Of a stretch of DNA of 41,381 nt, positions 1 through 7,418 are shown piece after piece (the first letter of the stretch is position 1; each line of letters opens with the position of its first letter). Location of the stretch: assembly GCA_040380695.1 (NCBI GenBank), contig JBEIIR010000001.1, forward strand, positions 1 to 41,381. The letters run 5' to 3'. The notes under the pieces were generated by a model that saw nothing but the letters and a program-made list of their open reading frames with translations, was not told where the DNA came from and ran no database searches. The DNA is from Gammaproteobacteria bacterium. Lineage in GTDB: Bacteria > Patescibacteriota > Microgenomatia > UBA1406 > GWC2-37-13. The position numbers were made by a program, and so were the translations under genes.

Positions 1-77
1 AATTTTAATGATCGATATTACTTCTTTGTCTGATTTTTGTGAACCAAAAATTAACTAACAAAATATTTGATATTGTT

Positions 78-1112
78 TTAGTTAATGTAAAAAGTAGTCC
101 CATCTTTGGAAACTAATTTAAAAGCAACTCTTCGCACCATAGTTTCTATAAGTCGTTCTAAGCTTCTGATACCCGGCTCAAAACCTAGAGGTCTAATTAA
201 CTCAGGCCATAAAGAATCGTCAACTATCATCTGTGCATCCTCAATGCCTGAGTCTTTTTTTAATTTTGGCAGAATAAATTTCTTTGCAATTACAATCTTT
301 TCTTCATCTGAGTAAGACGGCATCTGTACAAGCTCCATTCTATCAAGTACAGGAGGTGCGACGTTTGCGGTATTATTGGCTGTTGCAACAAATAATACGT
401 CCGATAAATCAAATGGAAAATCTATAAAATAATCCATGAAATGACGATTTTGATTTGGATCAAGTAGTTCAAGCAGTACACCCATTATTTCGGCCCTGGC
501 ATCTGGCGCAACTCTATCCAGCTCATCAAGCAATATAACAGGATTTCGTACTTGGACTTCTTTTAACGCTTGAATAATCTTTCCAGGTTCAGATTCTGGT
601 GTTGTTTTTGACTGTCCCCTTAGATCTCTAGCCGATGATAACCCTCCAAAAGGAATTCTTACTAACTTGCGACCTAGTGATTCAGCTATGGAGATGGCAA
701 AAGTGGTCTTGCCGGTTCCAGCTAATCCTGTGAAAAAAAGGGGTCTAGTGTGGATTGAGTCAGTTTTAAATTTATCTTTTTGTAGTTTAAAAATTGACAA
801 ATATTCCAAAATTCTTTCTTTTACTCTTTCGAGGCCGTAATGATTAGCATCAAGTCTCTCCCTGGCAACTTTAACATCAATTACATCTTGTGTTTGCAAG
901 CTCCAAGGTAAGGCTATTACCCAATCAATATATTTCTCAACTATATCAAGATGTGACAAACTACCTCCATATCGTAATCCAAGTTGAATTCTTTCAATCT
1001 GTTCCATGGCTTTATTTAAGAGATTAGCAGGCAGATGAGCTGTTTGCAATTTTGTTTTTAGCTTTGTAACTTCAGATAAAGCTGTTTGATCTTCCATATG
1101 TTTAGCAGACAA
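78..1112 (-). CDS. Lon-family AAA+ ATPase module with no protease domain
   Basis: Collinear by eye with the Lon ATPase region: YIDWVIALPW, HYGLERVKERILEYL, Walker A GLAGTGKT, Walker B ILLDELD, LDPNQN, PPVLDRME, GIRSLER. The ORF stops at 78 and all three minus-strand frames in 1-77 contain stops. The track start is TTG at 1112; an ATG at 1097 is an alternative start. Confidence 0.8.
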   Translation of the reverse strand: MSAKHMEDQTALSEVTKLKTKLQTAHLPANLLNKAMEQIERIQLGLRYGGSLSHLDIVEKYIDWVIALPWSLQTQDVIDVKVARERLDANHYGLERVKERILEYLSIFKLQKDKFKTDSIHTRPLFFTGLAGTGKTTFAISIAESLGRKLVRIPFGGLSSARDLRGQSKTTPESEPGKIIQALKEVQVRNPVILLDELDRVAPDARAEIMGVLLELLDPNQNRHFMDYFIDFPFDLSDVLFVATANNTANVAPPVLDRMELVQMPSYSDEEKIVIAKKFILPKLKKDSGIEDAQMIVDDSLWPELIRPLGFEPGIRSLERLIETMVRRVAFKLVSKDGTTFYIN

Positions 1113-1121
1113 AGTATTTAC

Positions 1122-1150
1122 TTGACAATTTATAATTTTTTAGTTATAAA
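1122..1150 (+). promoter_or_regulatory. sigma70-type promoter for groES-groEL (TTGACA-17-TATAAA)
   Basis: TTGACA at 1122-1127, a 17-nt spacer, then TATAAA at 1145-1150, about 48 nt upstream of the groES ATG. Confidence 0.55.
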
Positions 1151-1198
1151 TAGATCGTTAAATTAATTAACAAATTATAAGTTAAATATAACAATAAT

Positions 1199-1498
1199 AT
1201 GGCAACAAAAACAACCATCAAACCATTGTTTGATTATGTTTTGATAAAACCTCTTGCCAGAGAAGAGGTTACGGCTTCCGGTATCGTTCTCCCTGATACT
1301 GTCAAAGAGAAGCCACAGATGGGAGAAGTTATGGCAGTTGGTGAGGGATTCACAAGCCAAGACGGTCGTGAGAATAAAATGACTGTTTCAGTTGGTCAGA
1401 AAGTCATATACAAAAAATGGGGTGGCGATGAGGTGAAGGTTGAGAATGAAGAGTGGCTTCTAACAGAACAAAAAAATATTATGGCAGTTGTTTCTTAA
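1199..1498 (+). CDS. groES: co-chaperonin GroES
   Basis: 99 aa. [11 protein letters not shown]...ASGIVLPDT...GEVMAVGEG is a typical Cpn10 pattern, and the gene lies immediately upstream of groEL. Confidence 0.97.
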   Translation: MATKTTIKPLFDYVLIKPLAREEVTASGIVLPDTVKEKPQMGEVMAVGEGFTSQDGRENKMTVSVGQKVIYKKWGGDEVKVENEEWLLTEQKNIMAVVS

Positions 1499-1547
1499 AT
1501 TTTTCCAAAATTCAAAGGAATTTATTACAAATTTTTTTAAAAAAAAT

Positions 1548-3200
1548 ATGGCAAAACAGATTATCTACGCTGACGAAGCAAGACAGAAACTTGCTCAAGG
1601 TGTAAACAAACTGGCAAAAGCGGTAGTTACAACGCTTGGTCCAAGAGGTCGTAATGTAGCTCTTGATAGGAAATGGGGTGCGCCCATGGTTGTTCACGAC
1701 GGTGTCACAGTAGCAAAAGATATTGAACTTGAGGATCCATTTGAAAATATGGGAGCACAAATGGTAAAAGAAGCTTCCTCCAAAACAAACGATGTTGCTG
1801 GTGATGGTACAACCTCATCAACCCTTCTCGCCCAAGCAATGGTCAATATCGGTATGAAAAATGTTACTGCCGGCGCAAATCCCATGATTCTAAAAAGAGG
1901 CATGGAACAAGCAGTTGATGCAGTAATTGAGGAAGTTAAAAAGATGGCGAAAACTATTCCGGCCGATGACATCGAGCAAATCTCTCAAGTCGCAACTATT
2001 TCTGCTGCTAACGAAGATATTGGAAATATGATTGCACAGGCAATTAAAAAAGTTGGTAAAGATGGAGTTGTTACAGTGGAGGAGGGTAAAGGCCTTCACA
2101 TGGAGAGCGAACATAAAGAGGGTATGGAGTTTGACAGAGGCTATGCTTCGGCATACTTTGTAACAAATCCTGACAGAATGGAGGCAGAGGTAGAAGATCC
2201 TTATATTCTTATCACGGATAAAAAAATATCTGCAGTGTCTGATATGTTGCCTTTTCTAGAGAAAGTAGTTAAAGTTTCTAAGAATATTGTCATAGTGGCT
2301 GATGATGTTGAAGGCGAGGCTTTGGCAACACTTGTTGTAAATAAGATGCGAGGAACATTTAATGCTTTAGTCGTTAAGGCTCCAGGCTTTGGTGATAGAA
2401 GAAAGGCTATGTTAGAGGATATTGCAATCTTAACAGGTGGCACAGTTATCTCTGAAGACCTTGGAAAAAAGCTTGAAAACGTGGACATCGAAGATATGGG
2501 ACGTGCCGATAAAATTTGGTCAGATAAAGAAAATACCAGAATAGTCGGAGGTAAGGGACAGGCTGATGCTTTAAAAAATAGAATCGCCCAAATTAAAAAA
2601 GAAATGGAGCTCACGACATCCGATTTTGATCGGGAAAAGCTTCAGGAGCGACTCGCCAAACTTTCAGGAGGCGTAGTTGTTATAAAGGTGGGAGCAGCAA
2701 CCGAGGTTGAGATGAAGGAGAAGAAAGAGCGAGTAAACGATGCGGTTGCCGCTACTAAAGCAGCGCTTGAGGAGGGTATAGTTGCTGGTGGAGCAACAAC
2801 GTATCTTCAAGCACGAAATATTCTTGCCAAAGTAAAAGCAACAATGAGCTCAGATGAGGAAAAAATAGGCGCTGACATTGTATACGAGGCACTAGGTGAA
2901 CCTATTAGAATGTTAGCTGTCAACAGCGGTATGGAGCCAGGTAGGGTGATGTATCAGATAGAACAACAGAAAAATCCTGAATTCGGATTTGATGCAGTTG
3001 CTCGTGATTTTGGTTCAATGTTTAAGAAAGGGATAATTGATCCCGCCAAAGTTGTCCGCACAGCAATTCAAAATGCAGCATCTGTCGCTTCTGCGATTCT
3101 AACAACAGAAGCACTTGTTGCTGATATTCCTGAAAAGAAAGAAGCTGCAGGTTCCCCTGGAATGGGTGGAATGGGTGGCGGAATGCCAGGAATGTTTTAA
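1548..3200 (+). CDS. groEL: chaperonin GroEL
   Basis: [15 protein letters not shown] start, AGDGTTS motif, and a C-terminal GGM-type tail ([13 protein letters not shown]). The track ORF begins at 1488, but the conserved N-terminus starts at the ATG at 1548. Confidence 0.97.
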   Translation: MAKQIIYADEARQKLAQGVNKLAKAVVTTLGPRGRNVALDRKWGAPMVVHDGVTVAKDIELEDPFENMGAQMVKEASSKTNDVAGDGTTSSTLLAQAMVNIGMKNVTAGANPMILKRGMEQAVDAVIEEVKKMAKTIPADDIEQISQVATISAANEDIGNMIAQAIKKVGKDGVVTVEEGKGLHMESEHKEGMEFDRGYASAYFVTNPDRMEAEVEDPYILITDKKISAVSDMLPFLEKVVKVSKNIVIVADDVEGEALATLVVNKMRGTFNALVVKAPGFGDRRKAMLEDIAILTGGTVISEDLGKKLENVDIEDMGRADKIWSDKENTRIVGGKGQADALKNRIAQIKKEMELTTSDFDREKLQERLAKLSGGVVVIKVGAATEVEMKEKKERVNDAVAATKAALEEGIVAGGATTYLQARNILAKVKATMSSDEEKIGADIVYEALGEPIRMLAVNSGMEPGRVMYQIEQQKNPEFGFDAVARDFGSMFKKGIIDPAKVVRTAIQNAASVASAILTTEALVADIPEKKEAAGSPGMGGMGGGMPGMF

Positions 3201-3214
3201 TTAAATAAAGATCT

Positions 3215-3250
3215 CCTCCGTTTCATTTAAATGAAACGGAGGTTTTTTTT
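3215..3250 (+). terminator. intrinsic terminator after groEL, overlapping the 3' end of the convergent peptidase gene
   Basis: 12-bp stem CCTCCGTTTCAT (3215-3226) / ATGAAACGGAGG (3231-3242) with loop TTAA, followed by T8 (3243-3250). The last codons and the stop of the minus-strand ORF 3223..3759 lie inside the hairpin. Confidence 0.85.
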
Positions 3251-3759
3251 AGCTTTGCTAAATAAAAATATTCTGTAAGCATGATGACAAATGTTGGAAA
3301 GATAATGAATGCCAGTCTAGATGGAGTGCTTTTGTAGTTTATGACAAAGTCTCCAATCTTTGGTATTATTGCCACAACTTCACCTATTATTAGTCGTGGG
3401 CGAAGTACTTGAGCATCAGGAAACTTATTGTTATCGCCTTTTGTAATATATACATTGCCACCTATATCGTGAATGCGATGTGTGATAACACTACTCTCTC
3501 CCTGATAATTACCATAGAAACTTATGATATCTCCGATTTTATAAGTGTTCATATTTTTTTTAGCAATCACAAGCAAGTCTCCCTTTTCAATAGTTGGGTA
3601 CATTGAGTCTGATATATTTGTGTAGATGTTGAAACCCCCTAAGGATCCCCATGAAAAAAATACCGAAATTGCGACATTTATAAAAAAAATTATGATAAAA
3701 ATAGGGTATAAGACGCTATTTTTAAAATGCATTAAAACATGTTTCAGTGAATTCATCAT
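3223..3759 (-). CDS. SipW-type (ER/archaeal-type S26) signal peptidase I, copy 2
   Basis: N-terminal TM segment, SDSMYPTI (catalytic Ser box), GDLLVI, ITHRI (His box), TKGDNN, and a C-terminal TM segment. This is the Ser/His architecture of SipW/Sec11-like peptidases. Confidence 0.85.
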   Translation of the reverse strand: MMNSLKHVLMHFKNSVLYPIFIIIFFINVAISVFFSWGSLGGFNIYTNISDSMYPTIEKGDLLVIAKKNMNTYKIGDIISFYGNYQGESSVITHRIHDIGGNVYITKGDNNKFPDAQVLRPRLIIGEVVAIIPKIGDFVINYKSTPSRLAFIIFPTFVIMLTEYFYLAKLKKTSVSFK

Positions 3760-3763
3760 ATAT

Positions 3764-4348
3764 TTACCAGCTACCGGAGCTTATGGAATTTGTAAGTGTT
3801 CTTGTGGCATAGATTCCTGATATTTTTTCGTTTGGATTGTCTCTATAGGTTCTCATAAATATATCAAATTTGCACTCTTTGCTTTTATACTCCTCTTCAC
3901 CACGGTTTAAGCTTATCATAAATATCCATTCTTCAAAATCATCCTCAGTCAAAGTGTCGTTTAGTGAGATGTCTAATAATTTGCCGTTGTAAATCTCTGT
4001 AAGATCGCGTCTGACAATTTGTAGCTCAAGGGCTTGACAGAATGCATCGTTGCCGCCTTTTTTAATTGATTGTAAACTGTATTTAACATCCATCTCTCCC
4101 TGTTTATCGACTCTTACCGTCTTAGCATCAAATCCGCCGGGCACTAAACTAAGGGTATCAAAAAATTTTACTAATTGGCTAAAATTTGCTGTACTAATAT
4201 TTACAAATGAAAGAGTTGTTACTGAAAATTTGTTGCCGGCAACCTTGCGCTCTGCTACTAAATCGGCGCTTGTCAGTTTTATCTGCAATGTCCAGATGGC
4301 AATCGCCATCAATAGGTACAGCATTGTCTGAACTCTGAGTCCTAGCAT
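3764..4348 (-). CDS. divergent TasA/camelysin-like secreted protein
   Basis: N-terminal hydrophobic segment, then AERKVAGNKFSVTTLSF (compare the N.F..G.L.L block of the TasA family), LVPGGFDAKTVRVDKQGEMDVKY (compare the PGD...V.N.GSL block), and a C-terminal K.C.FD..F block. It sits between the two sipW-like genes. Confidence 0.55.
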   Translation of the reverse strand: MLGLRVQTMLYLLMAIAIWTLQIKLTSADLVAERKVAGNKFSVTTLSFVNISTANFSQLVKFFDTLSLVPGGFDAKTVRVDKQGEMDVKYSLQSIKKGGNDAFCQALELQIVRRDLTEIYNGKLLDISLNDTLTEDDFEEWIFMISLNRGEEEYKSKECKFDIFMRTYRDNPNEKISGIYATRTLTNSISSGSW

Positions 4349-4351
4349 ATT

Positions 4352-4876
4352 TTAAATTGTTCTATATTCCGCTCTGTTGCTGCGCTTTTTGCCTCCTACC
4401 TTCACAAGTTGATCAATTATAAGAAGCACGCTAGGGATGATTATTAAAGTTGCAAGACCCATTGGTGTTTGACTAAAAGATACCAAAAACCCCATCTTCG
4501 GAATCATAAGCATAACTTTTCCAATTATTTGATTGGGAGCTACTGTGTCGTTATCAATCGAACGATTAGCATCGCCCTTAGTTATAAAGGCAGTTTGACC
4601 GTTTTCTTTAGTCTCTTCAATTATTCGGTGGGTAACAATTCTTTCACCACCTTCTTTATAGGTTATTACATCATTTTTTTGATATTGTGGAAAAGTTTTG
4701 ATCACAATTACATCACCTGTCATAATGGTTGGTTCCATAGAACCAGATCTAACGAGAAAAGATTGATATTGACCTAGTAATTGTGTGTTGGAGCTGATAG
4801 TTACCAATACTGCAATCACAGCAAAGAAGAAGAAGATGTATGAAAAAAAATTTAGAATTATGTGAATTATTTTCAT
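4352..4876 (-). CDS. SipW-type (ER/archaeal-type S26) signal peptidase I, copy 1
   Basis: N-terminal TM segment, SGSMEPTI, GDVIVI, VTHRI, TKGDAN, and a C-terminal TM segment plus basic tail. Confidence 0.85.
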   Translation of the reverse strand: MKIIHIILNFFSYIFFFFAVIAVLVTISSNTQLLGQYQSFLVRSGSMEPTIMTGDVIVIKTFPQYQKNDVITYKEGGERIVTHRIIEETKENGQTAFITKGDANRSIDNDTVAPNQIIGKVMLMIPKMGFLVSFSQTPMGLATLIIIPSVLLIIDQLVKVGGKKRSNRAEYRTI

Positions 4877-4916
4877 TTTTATTATCAGTTTAATTTCTTT
4901 TAAAAAAAACTTTTTT

Positions 4917-4945
4917 AGGGATGGGCTTATTGCTAAGCCATCCCT
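4917..4945 (-). promoter_or_regulatory. strong stem-loop between the TasA-like gene and sipW copy 1 (attenuator or mRNA-stabilising element?)
   Basis: AGGGATGG(G)CTTA-TTGC-TAAGCCATCCCT forms 12 bp with one bulged G. On the minus-strand transcript it is followed by A6-G-T8, so the T-run is 7 nt from the stem rather than adjacent to it. Confidence 0.45.
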
Positions 4946-4984
4946 TTAAAGTTTTTACTATACGTCCCTTTATACAGCGTTATT

Positions 4985-5629
4985 TTAGTTTCTGTTTGCT
5001 GGTGTTGGTCCGTCTATGAGTTGAATCATCTGGAAGACAGAGTCAAAGGAAAGTGAATCGCTTTGAATCTCATTTCCATATTCATCTTCTCCTGTTGCCC
5101 AGCTAAGAGTGATGGTTCGTGTCTCATTTGGTTGCATGATGACTGGAGTCACCGTATCATTCCAAAGATCACCAATTGTTAGTACTTGATTTGATGCCAA
5201 AGTCGATTTGACTGTTGGAACATCTTGTCCATCAAGTGCTACATTCATGGTGATGACACCGCCAAGTTCACCTTGTGTGTTAGCATCGCACCCTGGCTCA
5301 GTGAATTTCTCCTGATCGTTACAACCATTCTCTTGATTGGCTAGGTTAGTCAATCTGACAAGCAGTCGACCTGGCAAAGATCCAGTGTTTGTTATGGTCC
5401 ATGTCTTTGTTCCTGAGATATTGGCGTTTGCGCCCATATTCTCTATCACAAATGGCTCATTGGCGATATTGTTATCACCAGTAACACTGAGGTCTAATGT
5501 ACCCGCCTCAAAGGTATTTGTTGACGCTGTTCTTGTTGCGGTAAAGTATGCAAACGTACCTGCGATACTTCCTGCAGCGACAAGCAGCATCAAGAGAACA
5601 CTGACCCATGGTTTCTTGAGTGCATTCAT
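4985..5629 (-). CDS. TasA/CalY/camelysin-family (Peptidase_M73-like) secreted protein with a SipW-cognate signal peptide
   Basis: The N-terminus LLVAAGSIAGTFAYFTATRTASTNTFEAGTLDLSV is collinear with B. subtilis TasA GGGTWAAFNDIKSKDATFASGTLDLS (recalled from memory). Also has TNTGSLPGRL and a C-terminal SLSFDSVFQMIQ block. Confidence 0.85.
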   Translation of the reverse strand: MNALKKPWVSVLLMLLVAAGSIAGTFAYFTATRTASTNTFEAGTLDLSVTGDNNIANEPFVIENMGANANISGTKTWTITNTGSLPGRLLVRLTNLANQENGCNDQEKFTEPGCDANTQGELGGVITMNVALDGQDVPTVKSTLASNQVLTIGDLWNDTVTPVIMQPNETRTITLSWATGEDEYGNEIQSDSLSFDSVFQMIQLIDGPTPANRN

Positions 5630-5668
5630 AGGATGTTGGAAATTTATAATAATTATTTAACATCCATC

Positions 5669-5698
5669 ACTATACGCACACCGAATATGCATTGTCAA
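5669..5698 (-). promoter_or_regulatory. sigma70-type promoter for the TasA-like/sipW cluster (TTGACA-18-TATAGT)
   Basis: On the minus strand, TTGACA is at 5698..5693 and TATAGT at 5674..5669, about 40 nt upstream of the ATG at 5629. Confidence 0.55.
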
Positions 5699-5937
5699 GC
5701 AGTATTTTATATGTATAAATAAGTTACACAAAAAGTATATACAGTGTTGTATATCTAAAATTTAAACTCAAAAATCAATTTTAAAAAATGTTTAGACACG
5801 CACAACAATAAATACGTGTGGTAATTGTATGATAATGTAATACTAAAATAGGTGAGTAAAAATATCACAGTATTTTTAAATGATCTTTTTTAAAAATTGT
5901 TGATCTAAAGTCTCAAATTTAAATTTTAAACGAGGAG

Positions 5938-5946
5938 TGGTATAAT
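5938..5946 (+). promoter_or_regulatory. extended -10 promoter (TGGTATAAT) for tRNA-Tyr
   Basis: TGGTATAAT ends 11 nt before the tRNA 5' end. There is no obvious -35. Confidence 0.55.
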
Positions 5947-5957
5947 ACATTTTTGTA

Positions 5958-6040
5958 CCAGGGGTGGCGGAGTGGCCAATCGCAACAGACTGTAAATCTG
6001 TCGGGGCAACCCTTCGGGGGTTCGAATCCCTCCCCCTGGA
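5958..6040 (+). tRNA. tRNA-Tyr (anticodon GTA), class II with long variable arm, CCA not encoded
   Basis: Hand-folded cloverleaf. Acceptor stem CCAGGGG/CCCCTGG plus discriminator A; D stem GCGG/TCGC; anticodon stem ACAGA/TCTGT with loop CTGTAAA. It also has a long variable arm and T arm GGGGG-TTCGAAT-CCCTC. Confidence 0.95.
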
Positions 6041-6044
6041 CAAA

Positions 6045-6057
6045 AGGGTCCGACCCT
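6045..6057. repeat. GC-rich 13-nt palindrome AGGGTC-C-GACCCT (copy 1), directly 3' of tRNA-Tyr
   Basis: Read directly. It is the reverse complement of the copy at 6294-6306. On the minus strand it is followed by TTTTGT. Confidence 0.9.
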
Positions 6058-6251
6058 CTCTTGTATAACAATTTTTGTAAAAAAAGTTTACAGTAATCGT
6101 ATTTAGCTTTATTGACAGCTAAAATAAGATAATACTTTTTTACACAATGTACTTTTTATTAAGCAAATTCCTACCACGGAGAGAGTAAGCTCCTCGTCTA
6201 GTCACTGTGATAGGTTTATGTGGCTAAAAAGAGGGTGTAATTATGTAAGTA

Positions 6252-6280
6252 AAAATACAGGAAAAAATATTTTTTGTCAA
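6252..6280 (-). promoter_or_regulatory. candidate minus-strand promoter (TTGACA-17-TATTTT) with no ORF downstream
   Basis: On the minus strand, TTGACA is at 6280..6275, then a 17-nt spacer, then TATTTT at 6257..6252. The downstream minus-strand sequence to 6042 contains no ATG. Confidence 0.4.
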
Positions 6281-6293
6281 GTTGAGATGGACA

Positions 6294-6306
6294 AGGGTCG
6301 GACCCT
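6294..6306. repeat. GC-rich 13-nt palindrome AGGGTC-G-GACCCT (copy 2), between divergent promoter candidates
   Basis: Read directly. Its right half occupies the -35 position of the extended -10 promoter at 6321-6329. Confidence 0.9.
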
Positions 6307-6320
6307 AGTGCCTCACTTTA

Positions 6321-6329
6321 TGTTATTAT
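6321..6329 (+). promoter_or_regulatory. extended -10 box TGTTATTAT, 6 nt upstream of the ATG at 6336 (leaderless candidate)
   Basis: TGTTATTAT-ttcctt-ATG. The same 9-mer and spacing precede argS on the other strand. Confidence 0.45.
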
Positions 6330-6335
6330 TTCCTT

Positions 6336-7418
6336 ATGACCCTTACTGAAACTGTAATCATGGTAAAAAAAATGACACCTGTTGTTGTCATAGGGGGATT
6401 AGTCATTTTAATCATGATTTTTGGTTTTCAATTAACCTTGCTGATTGTTCGTCAGCAAATAACTGGTAATATATCGCCGATTCAACCAACTGCTGCTCCT
6501 ATACCTGAACAAGAGATGTCATTTGGAAAGCTTCCCGTTTTAAAGATTCCAGGAGGTAGAGAATCAGTTGGATATGCTTGGGTATTAGACACTCTTGATG
6601 GCACAGCTCGCTTCGAGGGTGAGAGAAGCGAGGCCAAGGTGTACTTTATACCTAAGCAGATTAAATCACTTACTTTCGAAAGCAGGATTTTTAACATGGC
6701 AAAGCAAGTCGGCATAAATACTGAACAGACACCTTATGAAGAAGTGGAGAATGTAGCTACTTTTGATGACGGAAAACGAAAGATAGAGGTAAATACTTTA
6801 GACTTTAATTTTAGATATGATTATTTGATAACAGCTGAGGACAGCTTGATAGATGGTATAGATATTGGGCTTGAATCGGCGTTTCTTTCATCTAGTGCAA
6901 ATTTTTTAAACAAATTAAATCGATACCCCGTTGCTATCTCCTCTGCAAAAACAAATTTCTCTTATTTTAGAATAGACCCAGCAACAAGACAGATTGAACC
7001 TCTAGAGAGTGCTGCTCGGGCAAATGCAGTTGAAGTTAATTATTTCCCTGTTGATTTTGATGAATTACCGGTTGTAACATCTACTTATTACGAAAGTCAA
7101 AATTATATTTTTTTGCTGAAAACTGAGCGAGATTATTCTCCTATAAGAGCATCTATACAAAATTTTCCAATAAACATTGACAACTCAGGTCGTTATCGAT
7201 TAAAAACATCAACACAAGCATGGGAAGATTTGCAACAAGGTAAAGGGATTATTGTTTCCTCACCTCAAGAAAGTGGAGAGGTTAGAATCTCGCGCATTTT
7301 TTTGGCGTATTATGAACCAAGCGAGTATCAACAATATTTCCAGCCAGTGTATGTTTTTCTGGGAGAGAATCGGTTTGTAGTTTATGTGCAAGCGGTATCG
7401 TCCGATTTGATTCAGTAA
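6336..7418 (+). CDS. membrane-anchored extracytoplasmic protein of unknown function
   Basis: 360-aa ORF with a single N-terminal TM segment (VVVIGGLVILIMIFGFQLTLLIV). I recognise no motif. It overlaps the convergent dac-like gene by 7 nt. Confidence 0.7.
   Translation: MTLTETVIMVKKMTPVVVIGGLVILIMIFGFQLTLLIVRQQITGNISPIQPTAAPIPEQEMSFGKLPVLKIPGGRESVGYAWVLDTLDGTARFEGERSEAKVYFIPKQIKSLTFESRIFNMAKQVGINTEQTPYEEVENVATFDDGKRKIEVNTLDFNFRYDYLITAEDSLIDGIDIGLESAFLSSSANFLNKLNRYPVAISSAKTNFSYFRIDPATRQIEPLESAARANAVEVNYFPVDFDELPVVTSTYYESQNYIFLLKTERDYSPIRASIQNFPINIDNSGRYRLKTSTQAWEDLQQGKGIIVSSPQESGEVRISRIFLAYYEPSEYQQYFQPVYVFLGENRFVVYVQAVSSDLIQ

Noticed and set aside
1102-1128. CIRCE-like TTAGCAGAC-N9-ACTTGACAA upstream of groES.
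   Set aside because: Only the left half matches. The right half is essentially the -35 hexamer. It is kept only as a note in the HrcA finding.
1488-1547. A 20-codon N-terminal extension of groEL in the ORF track ([12 protein letters not shown]...).
   Set aside because: It overlaps the groES stop and is not GroEL-like. The conserved MAKQI start is at 1548.
1512-2614. Four antisense ORFs inside groEL (1512..1760, 1694..1972, 1890..2114, 2201..2614).
   Set aside because: These are shadow ORFs opposite a highly conserved gene, with low-complexity or Cys/Phe/Ser-rich translations and no motifs. The same reasoning applies to the antisense ORFs inside aspS, L25 (9874..10287), radA (28190..29010), dnaK, argS, secD/F and the TasA-like genes.
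5631-5665. Inverted repeat GGATGTT / AACATCC just upstream of the TasA-like start codon, a possible RBS-sequestering hairpin.
   Set aside because: The predicted TSS (about 7 nt after the -10 at 5669) falls inside the distal arm, so the RNA hairpin could not fully form. The loop is a 21-nt AT-rich stretch. A DNA-level operator role is possible but unsupported.
5737-5754. A 7-bp AT-only inverted repeat, ATATACA-gtgt-TGTATAT, upstream of the TasA-like promoter.
   Set aside because: Short AT-rich palindromes are expected by chance in a spacer that is more than 75 percent AT, and there is no second copy.
5630-6335. A mobile element or genomic island integrated at tRNA-Tyr.
   Set aside because: There is no integrase, transposase or phage gene on either side, and the spacer is non-coding. 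Only the 13-nt palindromes hint at a past event, and these are reported as a finding.
6218-6349. A 43-codon plus-strand ORF (MWLKRGCNYVSKN...) running into the start of the 6336 gene.
   Set aside because: It is out of frame with, and overlaps, the downstream gene. It crosses the palindrome and promoter elements and has no supporting signals.
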